Part shown: positions 10,407-20,645 of the stretch, one piece after another
How the letters are laid out: every line of letters begins with the position of its first letter
How positions within the stretch are numbered: the stretch's first letter is position 1
Virus record (IMG/VR): IMGVR_UViG_3300027977_000007
DNA from: a virus
DNA: 64,000 nt
Reading direction: 5' to 3' (one strand)
Position numbers and translations under genes: made by a program
Notes under the pieces: model-generated
The model's database searches: none
What the model saw: only the letters and a program-made list of their open reading frames with translations
What the model was told of the DNA's origin: nothing

Positions 10407-12227
10407 TTATTTTACACGAACACGAATGTCAAGTGTCGGATATTTAATTTCAAACATACTTATAGGGTCACCAAACAGGGTATATTCCAGAGATGTGTCT
10501 ATTTGCCTTGTTGTTGGGTCAATAAATGGTTGTGATATTTCATTTAAGCTATACAAACCAGCACCAACTTTATTATAAACCCTTAAGTCAATAACGTTTA
10601 ATACACCACCAACATTATTAATGTTTTCTATTAATTGAGACAAGTAGATATTCTCACCCATTTGGAATTTATTAATATCCATGAATGATTGCACGTTGGT
10701 TATTATTTGTGTTGCTATTTGTGATTGTGGTGCTACCTTATCAATATACACATCAATATCAAACGCTAAGTTAATTATCTTGCCATTAGATACGCTAACG
10801 TAATCATTTAACATACGATAATCGGATAGGTATGTTGCTATATTACTTCTAAGTGTACTAGTAGATGTATTTGTTAATTTAGAGTTTGAATCTAGTCCTA
10901 GAATATAAATCTTAATCTTATTTTGTTCTTCAAATACGCCACAACGAAATGGTACACCAAATTGACCTGGCATGAGACCAATTCTAGTTTGATAATCCTT
11001 GATGGTAACTGCTCTATTTTGTGAAGAAAAATTATACCTAACAAAGTTACGTATTTCCTCAACGCTAGGTGCGTCTTTACCACCTAGTGCTGGAAATGCA
11101 TTGTTAACAGTTAAAGATGCCTTAACAGCATTGTTTATTGTTTGATTTGGGCCAAATATATCCATCGAAACTAAACCAATTGAGGTTAAGACATTTGTAC
11201 CTAAATTTGTATCGGCACCGCCACCCACTCTATACTTAACAAACATAGTCTCATTAGCGGTTAGTGTTTCACCTAACGATGTATTATTAATGAAGTCACC
11301 TATTTGATTAACCAATGCCTTGTCAGCACCAAAATCACATAGGCTACTGGTATCAACGCTACCACCACCAAATATTATCTTACAGAAACCTAAATCAGTG
11401 TATTCACGGATAAAGCGTTTGGTTGTTGTTATCCACTTACCTGACCTTATACCAGCATTATCTGATATTGTGTTATTATCCTCAATGAATACATCACTCT
11501 CAGCTAAAGCATCAACTTCAAACCATCTATTTTCTATGTTTGAGAATTGGTCTGGGGATGGGTCCTTGGTGTATGATGTGCCTTGTAATGTAATAATTGA
11601 ATCAATTGATAATACGTTATCATCTGGTAATATTACTTCTAAAAATGGTCTAACATCTGTTGCTGTAATTATTCTCTTGAAGATTTTAGTAAATCCATTT
11701 AATACAACTTCTCGTTTAGTTAATGTATAGTTTACTATAACATTATTCGAATTAAAGTTTGGTATGATTAGTCTGTTAGGTATTCCACCAATAGTAAATG
11801 GACTTGAGAAGTCAATATCATATGTTGTTTCAAATACCTTTCCACCACCAGTTGCCTGTGCACCAGCTTTAATTATTGGGGCATATGAAATATCAAATGT
11901 ACCTCCATTTGGTGGTACTGTCACCGAAAAATCAACTAGCGTGATGCTTGGTCTTTTAGCTGGAATCTTTAATCCAAAAGTCCTTGCCATAGATAACACA
12001 GACTTACGTTCTTGAGCATAATCAATTTGCGTTTCTTGGAACATCCTATCGGTATTAAACGATAACATATCACCAACAGCAGCATTTAATTCAAGTAGCA
12101 TCATACCAACAGATGCATCGTTATAATCATTAAATATTGATGGGTAATATTGTCTTACCAGCTCAATTAAATCACTTCTAATTTCTGCGAAGTTACGTGA
12201 AGAATAATTAATACCTTGATTTGCCAT
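10407..12227 (-). CDS. Baseplate wedge protein (T4 gp6-like)
   Basis: RNFAEIRSDL...QETQIDYAQERKSVLSMARTFG and SSQNRAVTIKDY signatures. Confidence 0.85.
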   Translation of the reverse strand: MANQGINYSSRNFAEIRSDLIELVRQYYPSIFNDYNDASVGMMLLELNAAVGDMLSFNTDRMFQETQIDYAQERKSVLSMARTFGLKIPAKRPSITLVDFSVTVPPNGGTFDISYAPIIKAGAQATGGGKVFETTYDIDFSSPFTIGGIPNRLIIPNFNSNNVIVNYTLTKREVVLNGFTKIFKRIITATDVRPFLEVILPDDNVLSIDSIITLQGTSYTKDPSPDQFSNIENRWFEVDALAESDVFIEDNNTISDNAGIRSGKWITTTKRFIREYTDLGFCKIIFGGGSVDTSSLCDFGADKALVNQIGDFINNTSLGETLTANETMFVKYRVGGGADTNLGTNVLTSIGLVSMDIFGPNQTINNAVKASLTVNNAFPALGGKDAPSVEEIRNFVRYNFSSQNRAVTIKDYQTRIGLMPGQFGVPFRCGVFEEQNKIKIYILGLDSNSKLTNTSTSTLRSNIATYLSDYRMLNDYVSVSNGKIINLAFDIDVYIDKVAPQSQIATQIITNVQSFMDINKFQMGENIYLSQLIENINNVGGVLNVIDLRVYNKVGAGLYSLNEISQPFIDPTTRQIDTSLEYTLFGDPISMFEIKYPTLDIRVRVK

Positions 12228-12286
12228 TGTTTTTACTATAAATATAGAGTTTAATAAAAATTACTAAATAGTTTATTTTTATTAAC

Positions 12287-12670
12287 TTAGATGTTTATTA
12301 TAACGAAGTCCGTTGTTTCAAAAACATCATCCGTTATTGTGTAATCCAAACGAACTACAGCAGCATATTCACTCTCATCTGTACCATCAACGGTTATTTC
12401 GTTTATTTGTAAATTTGGTAGGTATTTTTTAACCACTGTAGTTATTTCTTCTGATATCTTGGAAAGAGTTAACGAATCATTTGGTTCGAAGATGTAACGT
12501 AATAAATCGGTACCAAAATCTGGGTTATAAAGCCTCTGCCCTTTTCTAGTTAAAATCAAATGAAGCAAATCTGCCTTTATAGCATTTTGGTCATCAGAAT
12601 TCAAATCCAAGAAAAAACCCTTATTGCTATCCTTAAAGGGGTAATTTATATTTATATATCTACTTGCCAT
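12287..12670 (-). CDS. Baseplate/sheath initiator (T4 gp25 / GPW-like)
   Basis: IKADLLHLILTRKGQRLYNPDFGTDLLRYIFEP. Confidence 0.9.
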   Translation of the reverse strand: MASRYININYPFKDSNKGFFLDLNSDDQNAIKADLLHLILTRKGQRLYNPDFGTDLLRYIFEPNDSLTLSKISEEITTVVKKYLPNLQINEITVDGTDESEYAAVVRLDYTITDDVFETTDFVIINI

Positions 12671-12720
12671 CTTCTTTTATTGATAAATATAATAAGTTAA
12701 GATTTTAATAAGTAAATCAC

Positions 12721-12750
12721 AAAATAAAAAAGGCCCTAGTTAGGGCCTCT
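12721..12750 (-). terminator. Rho-independent terminator after the nrdA C-half
   Basis: aggcccta-gt-tagggcct stem with an adjacent A tract (U tract on minus strand). Confidence 0.8.
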
Positions 12751-12776
12751 TATATTTAATGTTAAAATTAATCTTC

Positions 12777-13862
12777 TTAAGCTGAACAACCAAAGCACTC
12801 AAACTGAGAATCTTTTGGTTTATTAACCACTACTTCTGACACACTTAGTTTAGAATTCGCTTCCAATTTAGACTTGGTTCTGGTATAATATACACCAGTC
12901 TTTAAACCACCTTTCCAAGCGTACATCAAAGCACTAGCTATCTTACCATACTTTGCATCCATATGGTATACATTTAATGATTGTGATTGGTCGACAAATT
13001 TATTTCTAATTATTGATAGGTCTAATAATACCCTTTGTGGTATTTCCCAAACATCCTTGTATCTAATTCTAATATCTTCTGGTATCTCAATGATATTTTG
13101 AACACTACCCTTGTTTCTAATCACTTTATCTATCATATTTGTATCCCATAGATTATTTTGAACCAGTTCATTAACTAGATATTTGTTAATTACTAAAAAC
13201 TCACCTTGACCAACACGCCTAGTGAAAAGGTTAGATGTCACAGGCTCAAATGATTCAAAAACACCTAATAATATAGCAGAAGATGCTGTTGGCATAAGGG
13301 CGATTAATAAGCTATTATACATGGGTATTGGTTCACCAATTGGTTTCGGAGACCACCCTTCGATATATGTTTCTCCTTTTGAATATGGACTACCTTCCCA
13401 AGCTGGATAGTTTTCACCTAATTCTTCAGCTAACTTCATTGATTCGTCAACAGCAGCCTTATACATTGTTTCAAATATATCAGCATTCCATTTCTTGGCT
13501 TCATCACTTTCAAACGCTATCTTTTTCTTGGCAAAAAAGTCAGCTAATCCAGCAACACCAATAGCCAAAGCACGTTGGTCAATACCAGCCGATTTACTCC
13601 ACTCATCACTCCACTTGTTTGTATCAATTACACGATTTAAGGCTCGTACAAGAACCCTAGTGGTTTTTTCGATAGTATCTAAGCTAGAATGTTCAGCTAA
13701 GTTTACTGATGCTAATGTGCATTGTGGTGTATATTGGGGTTTGGAAGCTTGGAAAATTTCGCAATTATGTACTAATACATTATTAGCATAAAAATTATTA
13801 GTATTTTCCACTTGGATGTCATATACATCCATTCTTTTTTCTAGTTTGTTAATCTTAATCAT
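12777..13862 (-). CDS. nrdA: Class Ia ribonucleotide reductase alpha subunit, C-terminal half fused to split intein C-fragment
   Basis: Begins with 33-aa IntC (VYDIQVENTNNFYANNVLVHN) then CEIFQ; CTLASVNL, MPTASSA, VDQSQSLN, GLKTGVYY, C-terminal CxxC (CFGCSA). Confidence 0.95.
   Translation of the reverse strand: MIKINKLEKRMDVYDIQVENTNNFYANNVLVHNCEIFQASKPQYTPQCTLASVNLAEHSSLDTIEKTTRVLVRALNRVIDTNKWSDEWSKSAGIDQRALAIGVAGLADFFAKKKIAFESDEAKKWNADIFETMYKAAVDESMKLAEELGENYPAWEGSPYSKGETYIEGWSPKPIGEPIPMYNSLLIALMPTASSAILLGVFESFEPVTSNLFTRRVGQGEFLVINKYLVNELVQNNLWDTNMIDKVIRNKGSVQNIIEIPEDIRIRYKDVWEIPQRVLLDLSIIRNKFVDQSQSLNVYHMDAKYGKIASALMYAWKGGLKTGVYYTRTKSKLEANSKLSVSEVVVNKPKDSQFECFGCSA
13764..13862 (-). other. 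Split intein C-fragment (IntC, 33 aa)
   Basis: Intein blocks F/G: VYDIQV..NFYAN.VLVHN followed by +1 Cys (TGC at 13761-13763). Confidence 0.92.
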
Positions 13863-13873
13863 AATTTGTATTT

Positions 13874-15073
13874 TTAACTGTTAATATATTCAAATTTAAA
13901 TCCTTTGTATGTCTTATTTCTACCCTTACACACCGCTAAAACAGATGTTATTTTTCCATTCATAAATTCAGCGGCAGATTTTAACGAATCAAAAATTAAT
14001 TCATTACCTTCTTTATCTATTCTCTTTAATTTCCTCCGATTATTACCAATTTTAACATCAAAGTTATAATCTTCATTTTCCCACCTAAAAATATGTTCAA
14101 ATGAATTATTTGTTTTACATTTTCTTCTGATAACGCCTTGATGAAAGCCAGTAAAATTACTAGCTTCAAATACATTATTAAATATAATTTCTTGTTCGGA
14201 TTCAACACTTTCCTTATAATACACTAGTTTAGTAATCCTCACAATACCGTTTTTAGTTGTTTTAAACCCTCTAGGTGAATCATCAATAGGTTTTTTATAA
14301 TCTAACCGTTTAGATTTAGTGTAAACTAATTCAGTATCAATATATTTAAAAAAATAACCCTTATAACTACCACCATATTTAATACATCTATAAATTAAAG
14401 ATTTAGTTTTAAATCCATATTTATTAAGTATCTCGTTAATATTTAAAATATCTATTTCTACTAATGTTTTAGAATCAATCATAACAATTAAATGTTTAAC
14501 TCTAGATTTAAAATTTTCTTTCATATTATCTATCCGTTCTTTAGTAAATTTTTTGCCTTTATTCCAATGAACATTGTTAATCTTAGCTAAATATGATGGG
14601 TTATTTTCTATCGACCTACCATACATAGGGTTTTTTCTACCTTTAGAGTTTTCACTATGTTTCTTTCTTATTTCTTCTTTTTTAGGGTTATTAGTAAAAG
14701 TGTCACCACCAGTGCCACCTATAACAATATTAGTTAATAAACCATCTTCAGTAAATCGACCATAATGTTCAATTAATTCCTTTTCGACTTTAAACGCTTC
14801 ATCTTCATTATCGGTCTCAAATATAATTTTAAAATTAGGTTTAAACCCTAAATCAATTAATTTTTTAATTGTATTAGTTTTATATGGGTTAATTTTACTA
14901 CTGTGATTGTTTTTTAATGCATCAGTATAGTGTGTTAAATGTCGTTTTCTTTTATTTTTAGCGTTATAATCACCCTTACCAATATAGAAAGGTTTATAGT
15001 TTATTTCAGAGTAATTATTACTATAATCACCCATTACTCTATCGTCTAATAAAATGTAAATATAATATCTCAT
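13874..15073 (-). mobile_element. Free-standing GIY-YIG homing endonuclease with NUMOD3- and NUMOD1-type DNA-binding repeats (start revised from 15094)
   Basis: YIY..D...PFYIGKG...R...EDEAFKVEKELI...LTN..GG; SKGRKNPMYGR; IFDSLKSAAEF...VCKG..KTYKGFKFEY-like repeats; lies between the nrdA halves. Confidence 0.85.
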
Positions 15074-15130
15074 ATTAATAAATATGCAGTACATGGTATA
15101 AAGTACACAACATGCTGCATATTTATTAAT
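15074..15130 (-). promoter_or_regulatory. 16-bp perfect hairpin covering the late motif and initiation region of the endonuclease
   Basis: attaataaatatgcag (15074-15089) is the exact reverse complement of ctgcatatttattaat (15115-15130). Confidence 0.8.
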
Positions 15131-15437
15131 TAAAGTTAGTATCTAATTCATCATCTTCAAGTAAATCACAAGCCATAACATAACCTCTATTTACGGTATA
15201 GATTTGATGGTCTGGTGTACAAACTATTTTAATACCTTTTTCTTCATCAACTACTTCAATTACTTCAGCGTTTTCTTTAGTTTTAATTGCACCTAATATT
15301 GGTTGAAAAGTATTATCTTGACTCAGTACAAATAAGTTCTTATCATTTTCAAATCTATCGGTAATATCCCCCAAGGTTACCTTTTCAATACCCCCATTTT
15401 CGTTAATTATAGTTATAATAGTTTCACCATCCAAACA
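15126..15437 (-). other. Split intein N-fragment (IntN, 103 aa)
   Basis: Block A CLDGETII, block B CTPDH, RGYVMACDL, acidic end LLEDDELD; no endonuclease domain inside. Confidence 0.92.
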
Positions 15438-16601
15438 ACATAAATTTGATTGTTTTATCGGACCAATATTACTTTGCATATTACGCTTATTAGCGTTATC
15501 TTTAAACATAACATATGGTCGACCACTTTCCACCTGAGACTTTATTATTGAATCAAAGATATCTTTAGGGTTAACTTTTTTACCTAATCCTAAATCAACC
15601 GCTTTTTGGTATTCTTCATCAAATTCGGAACCCCATAGGTCATAAAGTGGTTTTAAGCCAGCTTTTTTTAAGTCATTAGGGCAAAATAAATACCAAGCTT
15701 CATTATTCTCCAATTTCTTCATGAAAAGGTCATTTATAATAACCGATGTGAATAAATCACGACTTCTCATTTGCTCATCACCAATGGGTAATGTTAAGTT
15801 AAGGAAATCAAAGATATCCCTATGCCATAGAGATAGATATAAAGCACAACTACCAGAACGAGAACCTTGCTTATAAAATCGCATCTTGCTCTGAACCATA
15901 TCGGCTAACCTAACTACACCACCAGCGTTGCCTTGGAACGATTCTACGATACTCTCTTTGCTTCGTAATGGGTCAATCAATAGTCCAATGCCAGAACCCT
16001 CCTTAGAGGCCGCAGAAATCTTTGTAAGCGTGTTTTCAATTCCTTCAAATGAATCATCTTCTAAGTGTGTAAGATTACAACTAATCATACCACCTCTTTT
16101 ATCGATACCAGCGTTTGTATATGTTGGTGTTGCAAAGTTACCTCTTTTATTGGTTAATTCTTCCAATAATGCAGACTTAGACTTATCATCGTCACCAAAT
16201 AAATGATTTGCAACCCTTAGATACATACAAGAAGGTAATTCAATTGGGGTTTTCTTATCATCCCTCATTGAATACTTGCTTAAGAATGTAGTTGCGGCAA
16301 AAAAATCATATGTTAAGTCAACTGGTTGTAATTCCTTATTAATTAACTTAGATTGACGGCTTAATAAAATACGGCCACCTAATAAAGAATAATCTGGGTG
16401 TTGTATTATCTTATCAGCCGATTTAAACGCTATTATTTCATCAATTTCCGTTGTTGTGATATTATCACTAATCAATGGTATTACTTCTTGAAATAAAAGG
16501 TCGCTATCAACCAGTAATCCAGCAGCTTGTGTCTTGATTCTCGTAAGAATCTTATTAGGCATAAATGCCTGTGATGTTTTATCTCTCTTTAAAATTCGCA
16601 T
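15126..16601 (-). CDS. nrdA: Class Ia ribonucleotide reductase alpha subunit, N-terminal half fused to split intein N-fragment
   Basis: ATP-cone start (MRILKRD), FATPTYTNAG, ISC, ESGRPY, QSNLC, then CLDGET...CTPDHQIYT intein blocks and a stop. Confidence 0.95.
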   Translation of the reverse strand: MRILKRDKTSQAFMPNKILTRIKTQAAGLLVDSDLLFQEVIPLISDNITTTEIDEIIAFKSADKIIQHPDYSLLGGRILLSRQSKLINKELQPVDLTYDFFAATTFLSKYSMRDDKKTPIELPSCMYLRVANHLFGDDDKSKSALLEELTNKRGNFATPTYTNAGIDKRGGMISCNLTHLEDDSFEGIENTLTKISAASKEGSGIGLLIDPLRSKESIVESFQGNAGGVVRLADMVQSKMRFYKQGSRSGSCALYLSLWHRDIFDFLNLTLPIGDEQMRSRDLFTSVIINDLFMKKLENNEAWYLFCPNDLKKAGLKPLYDLWGSEFDEEYQKAVDLGLGKKVNPKDIFDSIIKSQVESGRPYVMFKDNANKRNMQSNIGPIKQSNLCCLDGETIITIINENGGIEKVTLGDITDRFENDKNLFVLSQDNTFQPILGAIKTKENAEVIEVVDEEKGIKIVCTPDHQIYTVNRGYVMACDLLEDDELDTNFN

Positions 16602-16613
16602 AGTTATATTTGT

Positions 16614-17567
16614 TTAAAAATCTTGTTCAAAAATACCCTCAGTACTTGTTGGTATGTCAACCCTAGTATATTCACCTTCTCTTTTCTCAAAGAAGTTATT
16701 CTTAGCTGATAAACCAATTCTAGACATATAGTCTAATGGGTTTGTAACCATAAATTCTCTTTCACAACCGAAGTCATTAAGAACAATATCAGTAACATAT
16801 TGTACGTACTTAACCATATCATTTTTTGTTAAGCCTTGTAGTCCGTCTGGCATACTATTTTCAACAAAGACCTTCTCAACCTCATAACAACCCAATATAA
16901 TATTTCGCAATTCATCCTTGGATAATTTATACTCATCTTTTAAATAATTGTTGTATAAATATAAAGCAAATTCATAGTGAGCTGTTTCATCACGTAAAAT
17001 CAATTCATTCATGGCTGCAAGACCTGGCATTTTATTTCTACTTCTAAACCAGAAAACTCCAGAAAAAACGCTAGAAAAAGCTATACCCTCAACACAAGCA
17101 AACGCAACCAATCTATGTGAAAAAGACGGGTGTTGTATCCAAGTCTCAGCCCATTCAGCCTTTGTTGCAACAGCAACGTTGGTATCCATTGAATGGAAAA
17201 GTTCATCTCTTTCTGCTAGATTTTGTATAAACGTTTCAATCAATAAAGAATAACCATTTGCATGTACTTGTTCGATAAACGTTTGGTGACCATAAAAATA
17301 CTGTGCCTCTAGTATTTCAACTTCACGTAAGAAATTTGTAGCTAGATTATCAATGACCAATCCATCAGATACCGCAAAAAATGCTAGTATATTCTTTAGG
17401 TATTGCTTCTCATTATCTTTTAGCTCATCATATTTATCCTTTGATAAATCAGTTTCTTCAGCAACCCAAGTCTGGGATTCCGCACCTTTATATTTTTGCC
17501 ATAAATCATTGTGAATGATTGGAAATATAACATATCTCTTCTTTAATGCTTTGTCTTTTAAATACAT
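16614..17567 (-). CDS. nrdB: Ribonucleotide reductase beta subunit
   Basis: W..EE.DLSKD, LAFFAVSD, EQVHANGY, VEGIAF, RDETAH, NFFEKR. Confidence 0.95.
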   Translation of the reverse strand: MYLKDKALKKRYVIFPIIHNDLWQKYKGAESQTWVAEETDLSKDKYDELKDNEKQYLKNILAFFAVSDGLVIDNLATNFLREVEILEAQYFYGHQTFIEQVHANGYSLLIETFIQNLAERDELFHSMDTNVAVATKAEWAETWIQHPSFSHRLVAFACVEGIAFSSVFSGVFWFRSRNKMPGLAAMNELILRDETAHYEFALYLYNNYLKDEYKLSKDELRNIILGCYEVEKVFVENSMPDGLQGLTKNDMVKYVQYVTDIVLNDFGCEREFMVTNPLDYMSRIGLSAKNNFFEKREGEYTRVDIPTSTEGIFEQDF

Positions 17568-17581
17568 TTTTTACTATTATT

Positions 17582-18988
17582 TTAATTACCGTTATTTAAT
17601 GCTTCTCTTCTAAGTCTAGTTGCGTTCAACAAATCATTTACCCTTTGTTGGTTATTAACCTCAACATCTTTTCTGTGCTCCACTTGTGTTCTTCCACTCT
17701 TAAATTCATTATTCTCAATTTGAATTGTTGAGTTATTAAATATAACATCCTCAAATATTAATCCATCCTTTCCAAATCTAGACTTTAATATTGCCATTGT
17801 TGCCGTACCGTCTTCCTTTTGGTCTAGTGACTTAGCAATGGACACGATAAAGTGGCCTATCTGTCCCTTTTTGATTGAACCACCCATTTGGTCAGATTCA
17901 ACAACCGTAGCTTTAATACTTGAGCGATTTCCTTGTACAGCGGTCCAACCAGCAAGATTTAATTCATCCAACATTGATTCAAATTCACGCATAACGCTAC
18001 CCTCACCAATATTAGCATCATCATACCTTCTTGAAGGTGTCACACAATCAATATAATCTAATAAAATTATGTCAGGTCTAAAGCCTTCAGATATTTGTTT
18101 TCGTATATACTGGCGTATCATAGGTATTGTTGTACCAGCACTTGGAAATTTCTTTAGTTTAAGTGAACCTTTAGCGTTATTATTTTTTTCGTTTTTTAGA
18201 TTAATTATATCATCAGTATGTAATGATAAATCATTTAAATCAATACCTGTCCAACAAGATAAGTGCTTACGCTGAATAACCTTTGGATTATCTTCAAAAA
18301 ATATTTGTATAACATTATAACCATCATTCATAGCTGTATTAGCTATCTTAGTTATCATTGTGGTTTTGCCGACCCCGAATGGCGCTAAGATTAGAGCTAA
18401 CTCACCCTTAGATAGACCACCATTCATTACCTCATCTAAAAAACTAATACCAGTTCTTATTGGTTGACGAAAATCATCTGATAATATTGATTCAATATTA
18501 TCGAGAACATTGATAGTATCATCTTGATTATCACCATGTTCTAACGCCTTACGTAGTATTGATTCACATTCATCATAACTCTCAAAATCACCCTTGTCAA
18601 TTATTACTTGAATGGACTTTATTGATTTCTTTAACTCCTGTTGCTTACAGAACTTCATTGCAATATCTTGAACCTTTAAGGTATCATGTAAACTGATATT
18701 CTTAATCTTGTTTAATTGAGATAAGGCATATTTTTGTTGAATATCGTCTTTAATATCGCCCAATAATCTAAACTCAATACTACCCATATCAGGTATAATA
18801 TCATCTTGTACCTTAGCATCTTTAATTGTTGCAACTATAACCCTTAAGTATGGGTCTGCAAAATAATTTGGGTCAACAATTTCAATTATAGTCTCAGCAA
18901 ACCTATTATCTGTTAATAATTGAGCAACAAATCTCATTTGGTAATCTAACCCTAAAAACCCTAAATTATCCCTATCTATTTTTGCCAT
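17582..18988 (-). CDS. DnaB-like replicative helicase (T4 gp41-like)
   Basis: Walker A APFGVGKTT, IILLDYID, TAVQGNR, LKSRFG. Confidence 0.9.
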   Translation of the reverse strand: MAKIDRDNLGFLGLDYQMRFVAQLLTDNRFAETIIEIVDPNYFADPYLRVIVATIKDAKVQDDIIPDMGSIEFRLLGDIKDDIQQKYALSQLNKIKNISLHDTLKVQDIAMKFCKQQELKKSIKSIQVIIDKGDFESYDECESILRKALEHGDNQDDTINVLDNIESILSDDFRQPIRTGISFLDEVMNGGLSKGELALILAPFGVGKTTMITKIANTAMNDGYNVIQIFFEDNPKVIQRKHLSCWTGIDLNDLSLHTDDIINLKNEKNNNAKGSLKLKKFPSAGTTIPMIRQYIRKQISEGFRPDIILLDYIDCVTPSRRYDDANIGEGSVMREFESMLDELNLAGWTAVQGNRSSIKATVVESDQMGGSIKKGQIGHFIVSIAKSLDQKEDGTATMAILKSRFGKDGLIFEDVIFNNSTIQIENNEFKSGRTQVEHRKDVEVNNQQRVNDLLNATRLRREALNNGN

Positions 18989-19043
18989 AAAATTCTTCCA
19001 TGTTAATTAAATTGTCGTTATTATAAATATATAAAAGTATGGC

Positions 19044-19538
19044 TTAGGCCATACTTTTGGTATATTTATTTCGACTAAGATACAATCTTATTTCAGCCAT
19101 AATAGCTGGAATAATCTCTTTAATATCGACAGCATATCTAACCTTGGTTGGAAAATTATTACCATTAAATGTTTGAAAACCAACACTTTGTTTGTCAATT
19201 TTTATCTCAAACTGAAAATTATCAAGCTTTTCAAAGTTATCTTTATATGGTTGTTCGAACGGTTCACCATATGGATTATACATAGACCATAAGTATTCTT
19301 TGCTTTTCTTCTTAAGGTAGTTTGGTATGATACCCATAGTACCAAAATCACCATTATCCATACCGCAAATAGCATCCATTAATTCGGCCATTTCAGTAGA
19401 ATTAATAGACTTATCGTTAAAATCTCGTATATCAAAATACCTCTGGCAGATGATATGGTTATTAATGTAAAGGATGAACTCAAATCTTTGCTCAACAAAT
19501 TTTCTTGGTTCTGATGTTTTAGCTGTTAATGTTGCCAT
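19044..19538 (-). CDS. Hypothetical protein in replication cluster
   Basis: 164-aa co-oriented ORF. Confidence 0.6.
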   Translation of the reverse strand: MATLTAKTSEPRKFVEQRFEFILYINNHIICQRYFDIRDFNDKSINSTEMAELMDAICGMDNGDFGTMGIIPNYLKKKSKEYLWSMYNPYGEPFEQPYKDNFEKLDNFQFEIKIDKQSVGFQTFNGNNFPTKVRYAVDIKEIIPAIMAEIRLYLSRNKYTKSMA

Positions 19539-19565
19539 GTTTTAGTTTTTTTTTTAAGTTAATTA

Positions 19566-20615
19566 TTAAATGTTATTTTCTCTTTCAATTAGTTTCTTAA
19601 ATGGTATTAAAAATTCGGCATATCTAGCTTCACCAAATACCCTATCTAGACCATCTCGTTTCATCATCTTAAGGACATTCTTAAGGTCCCTACCAGAATC
19701 ATTTAGAGTACCATCTATTAAGGTTTCCAATTCCTCTATCCCATTATCTGTTAACATGGGTCTAGTTAAATTTACGAGCCTTTCATTTATCTCATAAATA
19801 TTTTCTTTCTGTACCCCATCGGTAATCTTATTGATGATATTGTCTAGTACCTTAAGTGGTTTCTTTTTAAGAATTAATCTTTCTGTTTGTTGTTGCTTAG
19901 CTAATTCTATTACCTCATCAATAGTTAATACTCGTTCCTTTATCTCTGGAAATAATTTAATTAGCGTATCTTCACCTAAGCCCTTGATACCTTTGATGCT
20001 ATCACTTCGGTCACCGACCATGGTTTTAAGTAAGACTGAATTTCCCTTATGATGGGTAAAATGTGTTGAAAAATTGTTTGAATCTACGTAGACTTTTAAA
20101 TCTAAGAAATAAATGCGTATATCATCAGATATCAGCTGTAGAAAGTCTCTATCTGACGATGCAATTGTAATCTTTTCGTTAATATCACGGTTTAGACAAT
20201 AATGAGCAATAAAATCATCGCTTTCAATGACCTCATCTTTTAGTTGTCTGATATATAAATCATTTAAGTATTCCCAAACCAATTTGCGTTGGTTTAACTC
20301 GCTAAGGTCATCTGGTTGTGTACCATTCACGAAATCTTTACCTCGGTCACTCTTATATGGTTCATATATCTCATACCTAAGCTTACCACTAAAGTTACCA
20401 TCCCAAAAGACATATACCCTATGGTATAAGTCTTCGGTTAATATCTTGCGTAGTATAACAAGGAATGATGATAAACCACCTATGTGTTGACCATTATGGT
20501 TGTATTCGTTTTTAGCACCAAAATATCCTAACTTAAATAAGGAATTTCCGTCTACCAATAATGTATTTTGTATTTTTAATCTAGGTACACCATTACGTGG
20601 TGGTCTTTTGTTCAC
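19566..20615 (-). CDS. 5'-3' exonuclease / flap endonuclease (T4 RNase H, PolI 5' exo family)
   Basis: LLVDGNSL, YK..R, ESDDFIA, SSDRDFLQL, GDRSDSIKGIKGLG. Confidence 0.92.
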   Translation of the reverse strand: MNKRPPRNGVPRLKIQNTLLVDGNSLFKLGYFGAKNEYNHNGQHIGGLSSFLVILRKILTEDLYHRVYVFWDGNFSGKLRYEIYEPYKSDRGKDFVNGTQPDDLSELNQRKLVWEYLNDLYIRQLKDEVIESDDFIAHYCLNRDINEKITIASSDRDFLQLISDDIRIYFLDLKVYVDSNNFSTHFTHHKGNSVLLKTMVGDRSDSIKGIKGLGEDTLIKLFPEIKERVLTIDEVIELAKQQQTERLILKKKPLKVLDNIINKITDGVQKENIYEINERLVNLTRPMLTDNGIEELETLIDGTLNDSGRDLKNVLKMMKRDGLDRVFGEARYAEFLIPFKKLIERENNI

Positions 20616-20645
20616 ATTTACTTTTTTAGTTAGTTAAAAAATAAC

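Noticed and set aside
13863-15125. Group I intron or a broken contiguous intein in nrdA
   Set aside because: Only about 11 and 52 nt of non-coding flank, too little for a ribozyme core; both intein halves have their own start and stop and complementary charges
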